From: Diploschistes diacapsis
Taxonomy: Eukaryota
Direction of reading: 5' to 3'
Assembly: GCA_023645945.1 (NCBI GenBank)
Contig: JALAIB010000102.1
Coordinates: 1-32,538, forward strand
Length of the DNA: 32,538 nucleotides
Position numbers and translations under genes: made by a program
Shown: positions 1-13,701 of the stretch, piece by piece
How positions within the stretch are numbered: the stretch's first letter is position 1
Layout: each line of letters opens with the position of its first letter
Notes under the pieces: generated by a model
The model's database searches: none
What the model saw: the letters and a program-made list of their open reading frames with translations, nothing else
What the model was told of the DNA's origin: nothing

Positions 1-2902
1 GGGATAGATGGCATGCTTTGGGACTGGGTAGTGGATTGGGGGGGTTTGGTTTCGTGGGTTGCGATTGTTTGGCTAAGACAATAGCTTGTCAGGAGTATTT
101 GCGAGAGACCTTCTATATTTGACCAGATATGTATCTTGGTATAGTAGTCGCGCGGCGCTGCGTGAATAAAGGACGCGCTTGCTGGAGCCCAAACTCAGTC
201 TTGGCGCCAACGCAATTTCTGGCGCTTAGGGTTCGTTCCGCCAGTGGTTGCAGGGGCCGAATAAGGGAATAGTAAAGACCTTCCATCTACTTTAGTTGTC
301 TAGGCTCTGCTACGGATACACTATGATTGAAATGCTGCGACAAAGTGTATCCACTTCGTCTTGGGGTTCTGTGCTCATTACGTTGAAATTATCATCGATA
401 GGAGGACGCCAGGATGTGACCCTTCAAGTAGAATTGGCCGTGTTCTACCGATTACTTCTCACCTCTTCCAGTACTCACTCGGCTCATAATAGACTTGATA
501 ATCTCACTACGAGCTCGTACACCGCGCATGAGAGATAATGGCTATTCTAGCTCTTGATAAGTGCAGCTTAGGAGTAAAGCAACCGGGTGGTAAGTTGCGC
601 GGGCGAAGGTCTTTTGAAGCTCATGTTACAATTTAAAAAATTCTTCGTTCAAGAGACTAGCTTAAGTTTTAACAAGAGATCATCGAAGATTCGGTGCCAT
701 ATTTCATGTTTTTTCTGTATATCTGAATGGGCCTTGTTTTGCTTCGACAAGAACCAAAGCTCACGCGTAAGACCACAGGGACCGTGGTCTTCTTTCTCCT
801 TCCATATATGCCTTTAGAATTATCTTCGACCTAAAACTGTGCTCCGAGACTCAAAGAAGAGAAAGCTGAAAACACCCTCTGCTTCTCCAGTACCTTATCA
901 AGTTTTTGGAGATGATTCACTCCTAGGATTCACCAAGCTAGACCCCGCTGAAACGTAATCATCCTTTTGAATATCAACTGACGCCGTAGAACCTGCCACT
1001 TTCTATTGCTCGAATTTGCTAACCTTACAACCCTTCTCCGGACTTTCCTCGAATGCATCTCCGCTCCTAATCGTACAGTGGATTCAGCGCTCGCGCTTCG
1101 AAAAGGGATTGGAGATACAAAAGATTATGTAAAGAGAAATAAGAAGGCTTCTGAACTAAAAAGGCAGGTGAAGTGCCACATGTGACCGGCCAAGAGGGAG
1201 GCTGGACAAAGTGAAAAAATAAGAATCTTCAAAAAACCACCGCTGAATGTTAGGTTGGTTCTCCTCCCTATTGCTGGGATCTGCAGATGAGAGTCATACT
1301 GAGTTAGAAGCCAGAGCAGTGCTGTGGAGAGCATCAGACGTACGTCCGTCCTTGTTGTATGAGAAGTGCAGCTGAAGTCTGAGGAAAGAAACACACCGAA
1401 AGACAATAGCGCAATAGCACGCCACGTATCCAGGGAGAAAATAGGCATACAAGGCGGCGAACGAGCAGTAGACAATACCACGAAAGTGAGCTTCCTAATC
1501 ATATGGAATTCCAATACACGGTGGCTTGCTGCAATTTTCTTGATAGAGGTTCCCTGGTCTGCACTAAAAGGGGTCAACGAGGGGTGTACTCTTGAAAAGA
1601 CTTCCACTTCCTTTCTTGGATATTTTCTCTTCCTCACCTTCTCACCTTCTTCACCTTCCCCCAAGTTTGAACCTTTGTAGAAAGCTTTAGCTAAGATTAG
1701 ACCTCCCATCTAGCTCCTTTGCTCAACATAGGAGAGCACAACCAGCTTCGCTTAAGCAGTCACCTTCATAGGCATATTTCAAGAGTAAGTGCTTCGTCCG
1801 AGCCATTCACTATATTGTCCTTAACTGCAAGCTGATGGATCAAGTCGGGTGCAACTATCCGCTTCCAAATCAAGACAAGACCGTAAGGTAAACAGACTCA
1901 ACTTGTCTGCACTGCCGAGCTTTGTGAGCTTTGCTCTCACAGACCGATAGTAAGTACCACCGTACCAAGCTCGTCATTGCAATAGAGAATAGCAAGAGTA
2001 ATCCACTTCAGCTACCTCCCTCCAGCTCGATCCGCTCAAGTTTGAAAGTTCCAGCTGAATAAGTTAGAGTCCTAATAGCCGGACCAAGTAAGTGCCAAAT
2101 AAAACCCCCTTGAAAGATGTTGAACACATTCTTGATTCGGCCTTTTGTCAATGCACAATAACAATTCACAACACCAGCCCTATGTTTTTCATGAAAGCAT
2201 CTTACGAGCATGTGAATGCTATTGATTCCTTTCGCTTCTATTGTTCCCCACAAATCTGCTATTGAAGAGTCAATTCAGAATAGTGGGCCTCCTTTCTTAT
2301 ATCTTCTCGTCTTCGCGCAGCGATTGCTGGCAATCTTGCTTCATAACCCTCACGGCTTTGCTAGCAATCCACTGCTCTTAGCAAATTTGCACTCTTCTTC
2401 GCTTTGCTTGACGCTCAACTTCTCGCATCGTTCCGCTTGCTGAACTCAGATACTGACAACGGCCTTCAGATAACTTATCAAGTCTTAGTTCCCAGACGGC
2501 TTGACAGGATCATAACACACAAAGTTCGCAGCTTCGAAACAACAGGATTGCAAGGTTTTAATTTCGAGACCATGAAAGATTCTTGAAGGGGACAACCCAA
2601 AATAGTCAAGCCGTAGTTCAAGCTCATAGAGCTCGACAAGCTTCCACAGCGTATTCGAAGTAAGTCCCCTCTACCGTCTCGCTAAAAGAAATGCAAGCTT
2701 ATCGATATCTTCTCAAGACTTTGCAGTATTGGTGCTTGACATCAGGCGCTAGATATTGCTCAAGACAGCAAGAGACAAGGAGAGAATTTTCTTTTCTCAA
2801 CAACTCTAGAGAGAACTTCAAACCAGCAATATTCACCAAGAATGTAAGTAAAATATTTGTTTCTCCTTTGCACCATACTGACTTGTATAGTCACTAGCAA
2901 CA

Positions 2903-4480
2903 ATGGCTTATGTTTGGAAGAGTCAAGCTTTCACCCTTAAGCAGCAATGGAAGCGTCTCGAGACCAGCCTTAAGCGCATGCGTCTAGATCGCTGCCCAGC
3001 CATTCCCCGTGATCTTGAGGAATACGCCGCTCACGTAGCCGAAATGGCTACGATGCGAGCCCACGAGCTGAATGCCAAGCTCGAAGCCGATCAGACCGAC
3101 CTCATCACCATCGCTCGTCGCCAGCGCAAGGTCGCCAAGCTATTCGATGGCCTCGGCGAATGGAGCGATGGCCGTTGCGGTGTGCTCGGCTACAAAACCA
3201 TTTGGGTTCCAGGGTGGACTCCGGAGCCCGGTCGTCCTGTTGTTCGCTGGCCTGACGCTCAAGAATACAAAGAAGAGGGTGACGAGCGTCATACCTCTAA
3301 CTTCGGGCGTTTTATGCCTCTGCTCCGTCATCCTGGGAACGAGACTGTGAACTGGAAGCAGCGCCCTCGTCTCCGCGAATATGACATGGATAGGGTCATG
3401 CCTGTTCCTCGCAAATGTGGAGTTGTTATCCCTGGTCTGTACGGCTTTGACTTGGAGGTCGATGTCGCTGGCATTCCCTATGACGATGATGACGTTCCTG
3501 GAGGATTTGTTGCTGTTGCAGCCCACCTAGACGAAAATGGCGACAACTACCAAAATGCCACTGTCCATACGGTCCAGCAGATTCAAGACTTCCGCCGCAA
3601 GTTCAGCGAGCAGATTTTTGGAGCTAGAGGTAAGCTGAGACGCTCAAGCATATATTTCGTTTAGAGCACATACTGACAACTCGTAGGTGATGTCCCCTAC
3701 AACCTTAACAATATCCTCGGAGACAATCTTGAAGAGAACACCAACATCGGTACTGTCAATCGCGTCAAATATAACGGCGGACGCTTCGGCAACAAGTCTG
3801 AGAACAAAGGCATGGAAGGTTTCTCGTTCAATCCCAAGGCTTCTGAGTTTGTCAGTGTCTTATCGAGTCCTCCGCAATCTCCCCAGGAGGCAGAAATCTC
3901 GCAATTCGAACCTCCTACCTCTGCCACTCCTATGAATGTTGCTGCTATTATCAATGCAGTCAATGCTCTGACTAGCACATATCGCATCAACCAGGCTGCT
4001 GGAGCAGCTCTCAAGCACAAGCGCAGCCATTCACCAGCCCTTCAGGCCACCCCAGGCTTCACTTGTGGAACATCTGCTGGCGAAGACTCGGAGGACGAAA
4101 TGACGGCTCAGATGCGCGCAACATTGGATCAATACAGTTTCTCTGGCCCTAACGCAGGTTTGAAAATGCGACGCGGAAGTAGCTTTGGTGCCATTGGATC
4201 CGAGCGTCGTTCTTCTGGCTATACTGCTGACGAAGGCGAATCCGAGGTTGACGGTGGCGTTCCGCTTGACCATGCTAGCTTCAACACTGTTACTGCATAC
4301 CGTGAGGAGGAAGATGTGTCTCCGATGACGATCCCTACTGGTTTCACACAGCTTACTGATGACGGCTCCGTTGATAGTCAACCTGCCACCCTACTTGGGT
4401 TGGTCAGAGTTTCCGAACCCGACGATGGGCCTGTCACTCTTGCTGAGTTGGTCGGATACTCCGATCCGCTCTTCGGATGA
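2903..4480 (+). CDS. Conserved fungal hypothetical protein with a PAM2-like motif; exons 2903..3629 and 3687..4480
   Basis: ORF 2903..3664 joins ORF 3812..4480 in frame through a phase-1 intron at 3630..3686 (GTAAGC...CTGAC...TAG). It has a conserved-looking core (WPDAQEYKEEGDER...GRFMPLLR...GNETVNWKQ) and FSFNPKASEFV, which resembles PAM2. The start could extend upstream via intron 2844..2890. Confidence 0.75.
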
Positions 4481-4952
4481 TTAGTCTACCAACGGTACCA
4501 CACTCTTGCACTCGGAACCGGTTACGTTGACGACCATCCCTCACAGATCATTCCCAACCACACGACATTCTTTTCATGACGAGAGGAGTTTACGAATAGA
4601 CATATGAATGACTAGACGTCTGGACGACTGGATACCAATACGATACCCTACCTGTATAGTTAACAGAAAGAAACATGATGTCACTAGCATGGGCTGCATT
4701 GAAGTACTTACTCGGGATGTTAGACAGGCTGGATAGTGCAAGGCGAAATATGGAGTATGGTTTGACAATAGATTGATAGCAAACTCTGAGGAGTAGGCCA
4801 TAAGAGACAAGTTGTTGTTATAGAATCGTTAGAATAGCAGGAGGTTTTGGGAATCAGATACAGCAAATATAAGCATTAGACACAACTTGCCACTGCATAC
4901 TTCTGATGTGACTCCAGCGAGCTATTATATCAAGGTCCAATTACTGTCGTTC

Positions 4953-5675
4953 CTATATTTCTTGCAGCTGTGGCGCAAACTCCCTCCGCATTGCATCTTG
5001 CACCATCTGCCCGCAAAGCTTTGCAGTTGGATTGGTGTGAACTGCCAGCCCTTTTGCGACCTCATTACCATATCTTCCACCCATGAAGAAATCTCTGCTT
5101 GCTGCTTCAGCTAGATCCACCGCGGCAAATCCGCGTAACGAAGGGACGATGACCTTTAGGCATGGATTGGATATGGTGGCCTTTGACGCACCATGAAGGA
5201 GGGCCCCTCTCTGCGTATGGGCTTGACCGAGGGTTCGAGCTTGGGGTGGGGATACTGCGGCCTGGGGATTTGACGGAGTAAGCAGGGAGATGGCCTTGTT
5301 CAGGGAGTCGAGTGTCCTAGAGGCAATATCTGCAGTTGCTGTTGAAGCGACGAGAAGCTGGTCACCAAACTGCAGGCGCACGATTTGGGCGTAGTCGTTA
5401 AGGAGGGACGCGGACTCTGGGTACGACTCCAGCAAGCTTTCAAGATCCGCACGCCCTTGCTCAAGACCTTGTGTTCGTAGTTGGGGGGAATTATTCAATA
5501 TCGATTCGACGCTTCGGATGATGTGTTTCTCGTATTGACGGATTTTCAGCCGTATCTCATTGTTCTGCACAACCGGATCTTCTGGCAGGGACGGGTCGAT
5601 GACCACATTGCCCGAGGGAGCAGCTTCGGGGTCAAAGATTTGAGCAAGAACGGTGTTGTCGTTTGAGGTCAGCAT
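4953..5675 (-). CDS. hmgX: TTC36-like tetratricopeptide-repeat protein; probable HmgX (HppD accessory factor)
   Basis: Intronless 240-aa ORF. The motifs NDNTVLAQIFDP, PESASLLNDYAQIVRLQ, QAHTQRGALL, ASRDF and NPTAKLCGQMV match TTC36-family motifs as I recall them. It lies divergent from hppD, and hmgX flanks hppD in Aspergillus. The symbol is assigned by synteny. Confidence 0.75.
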   Translation of the reverse strand: MLTSNDNTVLAQIFDPEAAPSGNVVIDPSLPEDPVVQNNEIRLKIRQYEKHIIRSVESILNNSPQLRTQGLEQGRADLESLLESYPESASLLNDYAQIVRLQFGDQLLVASTATADIASRTLDSLNKAISLLTPSNPQAAVSPPQARTLGQAHTQRGALLHGASKATISNPCLKVIVPSLRGFAAVDLAEAASRDFFMGGRYGNEVAKGLAVHTNPTAKLCGQMVQDAMRREFAPQLQEI

Positions 5676-6321
5676 GGTGATGTTCTATTCCAAAGCGTTC
5701 AATTACACAACGACTCGGACACCAGATTGGGAGTTGAGACGGAAGACGTTCAGAATTGGGAGAGCTTGACACGACGGCAAGGAGATAGCGGCTGAGGCAG
5801 GCAACCATAGTCGTCGCTTATCACAGCCCATTGATAAGGATTTAGCCATCATGGATATCAACGCTTCGTAAAAGATCGTCCAGAAAGGGAAGAAAATCCC
5901 GGTCCCGGAGGTGATAGCCGTCCGAACAAGGTGGGTATGCACGGACCATAACCCGCGTCTAGCCTTCCCATTTGGTGTACAACAACCGCGAATAACCGAG
6001 TGGCTATCAAGATCGATCTCGAATCAAAAGGGATCATACCCTAGAAGCATAAAACGTAAATCAGAGATCTTCAACAATCTCGGCTGCTGGCAGAGATGGC
6101 GTGCTTTAGAGGAGACCGTGAAAGCCGCAGGGTACCGCTCTCGGGTATCACTCCGACAAAGAGCCGTCAAACCACAATCCCGCCCCTTTCCATCAATGGG
6201 CAGATGGCCATTTGTATAACGTGGAGCGTAACACGAGATTATCATACTCCGTTTGATACTTTCAACATATCTTTCATAGACCTTCGACAACCTCTAATCT
6301 ATTCTTTCAATAGAGCAAAAT
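5676..6321. promoter_or_regulatory. Bidirectional promoter of hmgX-like/hppD with CGG/CCG triplet pairs (candidate Zn2Cys6 sites)
   Basis: CGG-N9-CCG at 5906..5920, CGG-N8-CCG at 5942..5955 and 6142..6155, and CCG-N7-CCG at 5986..5998, all between two divergent start codons. Confidence 0.5.
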
Positions 6322-7611
<1,290 letters not shown>

Positions 7612-8308
7612 GAAGCTGGACTGCGATCTGTTCGATAGTGGTAATGATGAAGCTAATATGGCATTTGGCTGGGGTTCTCTTTTCCCTTTAACAAGCGTCG
7701 CATTTTATGGTGTTCCTATCAGGAGGTCTGTTTGCCTTCTAGGATATATGAGCACGTTACTGTTACTGAACGAAGTTATCTTGCTTATCAGAGGCATATT
7801 TATTACCTCCAACTTCTTGATCGAAGCTGATGATGTTGCTTCTCCATCAATTCCTCAGTCCTGCAGGAATTCTTCGATCAATCGATTGCTTCGCAACGCC
7901 ATGACTGCGGACGCCTTCAATTTGTGTAAAAATTTATCTTGAATCATTTAGGTTATTTGACGTACAACAAGGCAAAATAAGCACGATTGCATATGCACGC
8001 CTTGAATTGGCTGTGGCGGAGGTTGCGAAGGAGATGTGCCTCGTAGTAACTTAGAGAGCTGTGGCAGTCATCCACCACGACCAACAGCCAACTTGGGCTT
8101 TGCGGTAGACTACTGGCAGGCATATACTCAGCCAGTAAGAGGCTGTACAGCTTCAATTTCTATTCCGCATATTGAACCGCACCTACAGTAGATCTGTCCT
8201 ATTTCGAGCAGATGCATCTTGGCCCTTGAACGCGCCTCCACGGAACCACTTACATGGTGACGTCCAATCTTAGTGGTGAAAACTAGACGTTCGCCATTAA
8301 GTGAAACG

Positions 8309-11292
8309 ATGGACCTCGCGCAAGTCAATTTGAACAGCCCTGAAAGCTCGGACCGCGAAGGAGTAAGATGATCAAGTGTCAGGATATACGAGCTTGCAGG
8401 GACTAACACTCTCCACTTTAATATAGGACACATTTGAGGACGCTCCAGACACAGTGAAAACCCGACCACGAGATCGCAGCAGATCGGTCTCCAATGCCTC
8501 AGGCCGCTCTTTAATTGACCGACCGAGGTCTTCATCCTCCTCCACTCGATCGTTGACCGATCAACATAGCCCATCCTCGAATCTAATTGAACAGATGGCG
8601 GAGAGCAAACTTACAGACTCGTTAGAAGAAGAGAAAACCCCACGTGTGCCTTATGTCGAGAAGTTTGACATTAGAGATAAGAGGAGGTTCTTGGGTGATG
8701 AACCAAGTCCCAGAGACATAACTATGGCGGGCTCGGACCCCTCGAAATCGCCCTTGTTGACTGCTCGCCGGGTAGCCACATTCGATGACGTCCAGCTGAG
8801 CGAAAAGGACCAGACAGACAGCGCCGAAGCAGTCCAAGCAAACGACACTCGCGGTCGAACGAATAGTCTAACCCAAAGCAACCGTACCGAGCGTTCCCAG
8901 AGCAGGGCCTCGGCAACTGGCAGAGATTCTATGACTCCTACACCGAACCTGCCTGCTACTGCCTGGACCCAAGCTTCAAAACAGGTTCCGGCTGCTATGT
9001 CAAGAAAGTTCTCGAGTCCATTCGGCTGGCTTTCACGCAAGAAAAGCGCACCCCCGGGCGGGTCTTCACCACCCGCTCCAATGGCTCGACGGCATACAGC
9101 AGCCGCTGGAAGCATCAACGGAAAGCCTGACTTTATGCTCAGCAGGCTGGACGAGGAGCGTGCAATGGAGGGAAGGCCGTCAGGGAAAGAGATGCTCAAG
9201 GAACGGTTCAAAATGCTGCGAATGAGGGAAGAGGCGGGAATTGATATGGACGAGCTTTCAGGTCCTGGCGCTCCCACGGGTGGAAAAGGCACATCCATTA
9301 CAGAACAAGGCAGTAAGATTGGGCTCGGAATCCAGGCTACAGAAGCTGGAGAGGGCTCGAAAGGGGTTGCTACTCCTGTAGAGGTTGGAACTCAGTCGCC
9401 GCCGCCAGCAGCCCCGGTCCGCACGCATACGCGCACCAATTCTGTCGCATCCTCGCTCAATCCCAACCTTGCCCCTAGTACTGTATCTGGAATGGAGACG
9501 GGTCCGTCTACAATGCAAGATGCAGAATCATCGGTGGACTGGGATCTCTGGCAGTCCCTGGTCTACGAGGGCCCAGCTGCAGTAGCTAAGACAAGCGCTG
9601 CCGAGATGAACCGAGCGATCGCCTCAGGTATACCGAGCGCCATCAGGGGAGTGGTCTGGCAGATTCTCACGGGTAGCAAGAACGAGGAGCTGGAGGGAGT
9701 CTACCGAGAGCTTGTGGCTCGGGGTACAGATAAGGAGCTAGCACCATCGCCGAATCCAACCACAGTCCAAAGCGCTCCTGCCTCTGCGAACAGCCTCGGA
9801 AGCTTAAGCTCGAACAAAGACTCGATCATATCAACCGGATCTTCCATACCATCAACAACTTCGACACCTCCAACGACAAATGGACTGGCATCTCCCACAC
9901 ACTCAATCGTCCCGCAGGAGGCAGAGCCTAGCTCAGCAAAGATGGAAGCCGCCATGGCTGCTGAGCGGCAAAAGAAGGCCAAGGAAGATCTGGCGAGCCT
10001 AAGAAAGCTCGAGAAGATAATAAGGAAAGACCTAGGGGCTAGATCAAATTACTCCAAATATGCAGCGGCTGCAGGCCTTCAAGATGGCCTGTTTGGCGTC
10101 TGCAAAGCCTATGCCCTATTCGATGAAGGTGTCGGATATGCTCAGGGCATGAACTTCATAGTCATGCCACTACTGTTCAACGTAAGTGTCTGTCTTTTCC
10201 TCTTGTACATTGCTGACCAGCCTTAGATGCCCGAGGAAGAAGCCTTCTGTCTACTGGTAAAGCTGATGAATCGGTACCGGCTAAGAGAGCTATTTATTCA
10301 AGATATGCCGGGGCTACATCTACATCTTTACCAGTTCGAGAGACTCCTTGAAGACGTAGAACCGGCTCTTTGCTACCACTTGCATAAACGTGGTGTTGTA
10401 CCGTCGCTCTACGCTACACCCTGGTTCCTGACCCTATTCGCTTACCGGTTTCCCCTCCAACTTGTTCTTCGAGTCTACGATCTGGTTCTGAGCGAAGGCT
10501 TAGAGGGCGCAATCCTCAAATTTGCGATTGCTATAATGCAGAAGAACGCCGACGCGCTTTTAGCAATGCAGGACATGGCTGCCCTGAAAACCTTCCTGAA
10601 TGAGCGACTCTTTGATGTGTACATCGACTCCGCACCATCCGCGAGCTCGATATTAGAATCTGGCTTTTTCGGAAATTCGGGAGGATTAGACAGAATTGTT
10701 TATCGCGCCGATGAACTCATACAAGATGCATGTGCGGTAAACATTACCCCAGAAGCGATCAAGCAGTACACAGTGGATTATGAGACTCGGGCAAGGCTGG
10801 AGAAAGAGCGCGAGGCTGAGTTCGAAACCCTCCGCGGAGCGAACGCTTCTCTTGCGGCAAGGATCCGGGTTTTGGAGGAGCGAGCTGAGAAATCCGACTC
10901 GGACCACGTGCAAGTTGCAACTGAGATGATCCGGCACAAGATGGAAAATGAGGATCTAAAGACGGCAAACGAGGAGCTGAAAGACGAAGTGGAGGCCCTC
11001 AAGAAGATCGTATCTTCGCAGCCGGATGAAGTCGAGGCTCGGCTGAAGGGTGAGATGGAGAGGATTATGACACGAAATAGCGAGGTACAGAACGAAAATC
11101 GCGCTCTTGAGGAGCAGATGACGGAAATGGAGAAAGACCTTGTGGAGGCTAAGATGCAGTATGCTCAGGTATGTCAAGGCACACCTCGTTCCTTTGGGTC
11201 CGACCCAGCTGCTGACCGTCCGACAGATCAACGCAGATTACGAAAATATGAAGCAGAAGTGGTCGGACCTCCGCAAGGCCCTCGACGGCTAA
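8309..11292 (+). CDS. GYP5: TBC-domain Rab GTPase-activating protein, Gyp5-like; exons 8309..8362, 8427..10181, 10227..11168, 11227..11292
   Basis: TBC motifs GIPSAIRGVVW, IRKDLGAR, VGYAQGMNF, EEEAFCLL and LYATPWFLTLF, followed by a C-terminal coiled coil. Three introns with canonical GT..AG ends and CTRAC branch points keep the frame. Confidence 0.9.
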
Positions 11293-12044
11293 TCGTCGAC
11301 GCATGTCCAATTGATGGGAGTTTTCTGGATTTCTTTGCGTTCGTATCACTCGAATGTCCCTGCGGTTTAGCGTTCCATACTGTACTACCCTTCCAGTCAG
11401 TACTTGGGGGTGTCGTGGGAAAAGACCTCTTTCTTGGCAACATAATGCATCTTTGGGATTGAGCAGCATAGCACAAAAACGTTGTCAACGGTGGAAAAGG
11501 GACTGTTGCATGCATCTTGTACCACTTTGCGCTGGTCAAGGGACTGGATATCTGTTATACCCTATTGTTTATTTGTACGATACCCTCAGAAAATCGATCT
11601 TCCTCTTTTCCGTTTCTCATTCCAAGTACCATCACGATCAAGAGCACTCGACAACATGCCACTTGTCGTAAGAATCGCTTTTAGACCTGAAGGCTATGAA
11701 GCTTTAGTAGCAGAAAAGTGAGGCAAAAGAAACCTTTGGTCGTGCCAAGGCCCGCAATGATGCGTCACCCCGAATATTGTTTTTTTAACACCAGACCGAG
11801 TTACGAAGCTTTTGCATGCTCTTTCTTGCAGGATGAGCAACACAGAACTTACTCGGTGGTTTATAACCCACCTTGAGCCTTTGGGATTTCCCTCGCCATC
11901 AAGGTGTGAGGTTTCCTATCTGTACGAAGAGACCTAAAATTACTCCGAGCTGGGACTTGGAGGAGTGGGGTAGCTCTTCCCAACACCAATCTGTGTCACT
12001 CGAAGTCGAGAATAAGCATTGAACTGCTTCCGGTCGAGTTAGCC

Positions 12045-13224
12045 ATGGCTACAAACTCAATAAAGCTATTGACGGGCAACAGCCACCCTCAGCTGGCAAA
12101 GTTGGTTGCGGATAGGTGAAGCTCTTTCCTCGAGTCAACTTATCACTGTAGCAAGCTTATAAACCCTCAAGACTAGGTGAAGAGCTTACCAAGCTCTTGG
12201 TCCTCCAATTTTCCAACCAAGAAACATCCGTCACCATCGGCGAGTCCGTGCGCGACGAAGATGGTAGGCTCTGACCGCCTTCCATTCCTCCCTACCCCGT
12301 CGAGCCCAGCATACCGAGCCTATACTGACCCCTGCCTTCATATCCAGTCTTCGTCCTCCAGACCACCGCGCCGGGCGACATAAACGACAACATAATGGAG
12401 CTCCTCATCATAATCGCCGCCTGCAAGACCGCCTCCGCACGGCGCATAACAGCCGTGATCCCCAACTTCCCCTACGCGCGGCAAGACAAGAAGGACAGGT
12501 CCCGCGCTCCCATCACCGCCCGCCTCATGGCCAACATGCTGCAGACGGCCGGCTGCAACCATGTCATCACCATGGACCTGCACGCCAGCCAGATCCAGGG
12601 CTTCTTCAACGTGCCCGTCGACAATCTCTACGCGGAGCCAAGCGCGCTGAAGTGGATCAGGGACAACCTCGAAGTAAAGGATGCCGTCATCGTCAGCCCA
12701 GACGCAGGGGGCGCGAAGAGGTGAGCCATGCACACATACGCATATGCACGCAGCCCCCGAGTAAGGAACCAACCCGCCGCTAACACTCCTCGCACAGAGC
12801 CACCTCCATCGCCGACCGGCTCGACCTCGGCTTCGCCCTAATCCACAAGGAACGCGCCCGGCCCAACGAAGTGAGCCGGATGGTGCTCGTGGGCGACGTG
12901 CGGGACAAGATCGCGATCCTGATCGACGACATGGCGGACACATGTGGCACGCTGGTGAAGGCGGCGGACTCGGTGATGTCGCACGGGGCGCGCGAAGTGG
13001 TGGCGATCGTAACGCACGGCATCTTCAGCGGCAACGCGATCGAGACGCTGAACGGGAGCCGGCTGAGCAAAGTCGTGGTGACGAACACGGTGCCGCACGA
13101 GGAGAAGAAGAGGCTGTGTCCGCGGCTGGAGACGATCGATATCAGCAGCACGCTGGCCGAGGCGTGCAGGCGGACGCATAATGGGGAGAGCGTGAGCTAT
13201 TTGTTTAGTCATACGCCTTCATGA
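12045..13224 (+). CDS. PRS3: Ribose-phosphate pyrophosphokinase (PRPP synthetase), Prs3-like; exons 12045..12115, 12172..12263, 12348..12720, 12798..13224
   Basis: N-terminus [15 protein letters not shown], plus motifs [33 protein letters not shown] and [11 protein letters not shown]. The spliced frame is continuous. Paralog assignment rests on the N-terminus. Confidence 0.92.
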
Positions 13225-13701
13225 AGTGGGGGAGGTGATATGGGTGGCTGGGAAATTTTGGGGCACAGTAGTGGGTTAGCGTAAGGGGCAAGGCCTCTGC
13301 GGGAAGATCCCGCTGGAAGAGGTTCTAGTATAGAAAAGTAGAAGCCACGGTTTGATCGAGCGAGGACTTGCAGCTGCCAAGGTGGTCAGCAGATGACCAG
13401 GCCGATAGTAGGAATGGCGACTGAGTAATTGGAGACACCTCTTCTTATGGAACAACTATTAGGGCCCAAGCGGGCCAGCAGAGTGACTGGGTTCGAATTA
13501 TGGAACTAGGAAAAGGGCGGCAGCACCTCGTCCATGTTGTTTCGCCAGCCATGCCAAGCCAGATAACCATGTAAAAACAAAGTACTGCGTGCGTATCTAC
13601 AATGGTGTCATCCCTATGAATACAGAAAAAGTCCGTTCATCAAATTCTACTGCCTGTACAACGACCTCGTCAAGGCCCTAGAAGAGAAAACGCTCCTGTC
13701 C

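Noticed and set aside
1125..1709. 194-aa minus-strand ORF and the overlapping 104-aa plus-strand ORF
   Set aside because: No recognisable motif or coding-like composition. The region is more likely promoter or leader of the downstream gene.
4481..4579. 32 open codons after the TGA-TTA stop of the hypothetical gene (possible readthrough)
   Set aside because: The context is not the TGA-CTA readthrough motif, the extension ends TFFS with no PTS1, and the length is compatible with chance.
11169..11462. C-terminal extension of ORF 10227..11462
   Set aside because: It reads through intron 11169..11226. The spliced form ends at 11292 with a natural coiled-coil end.
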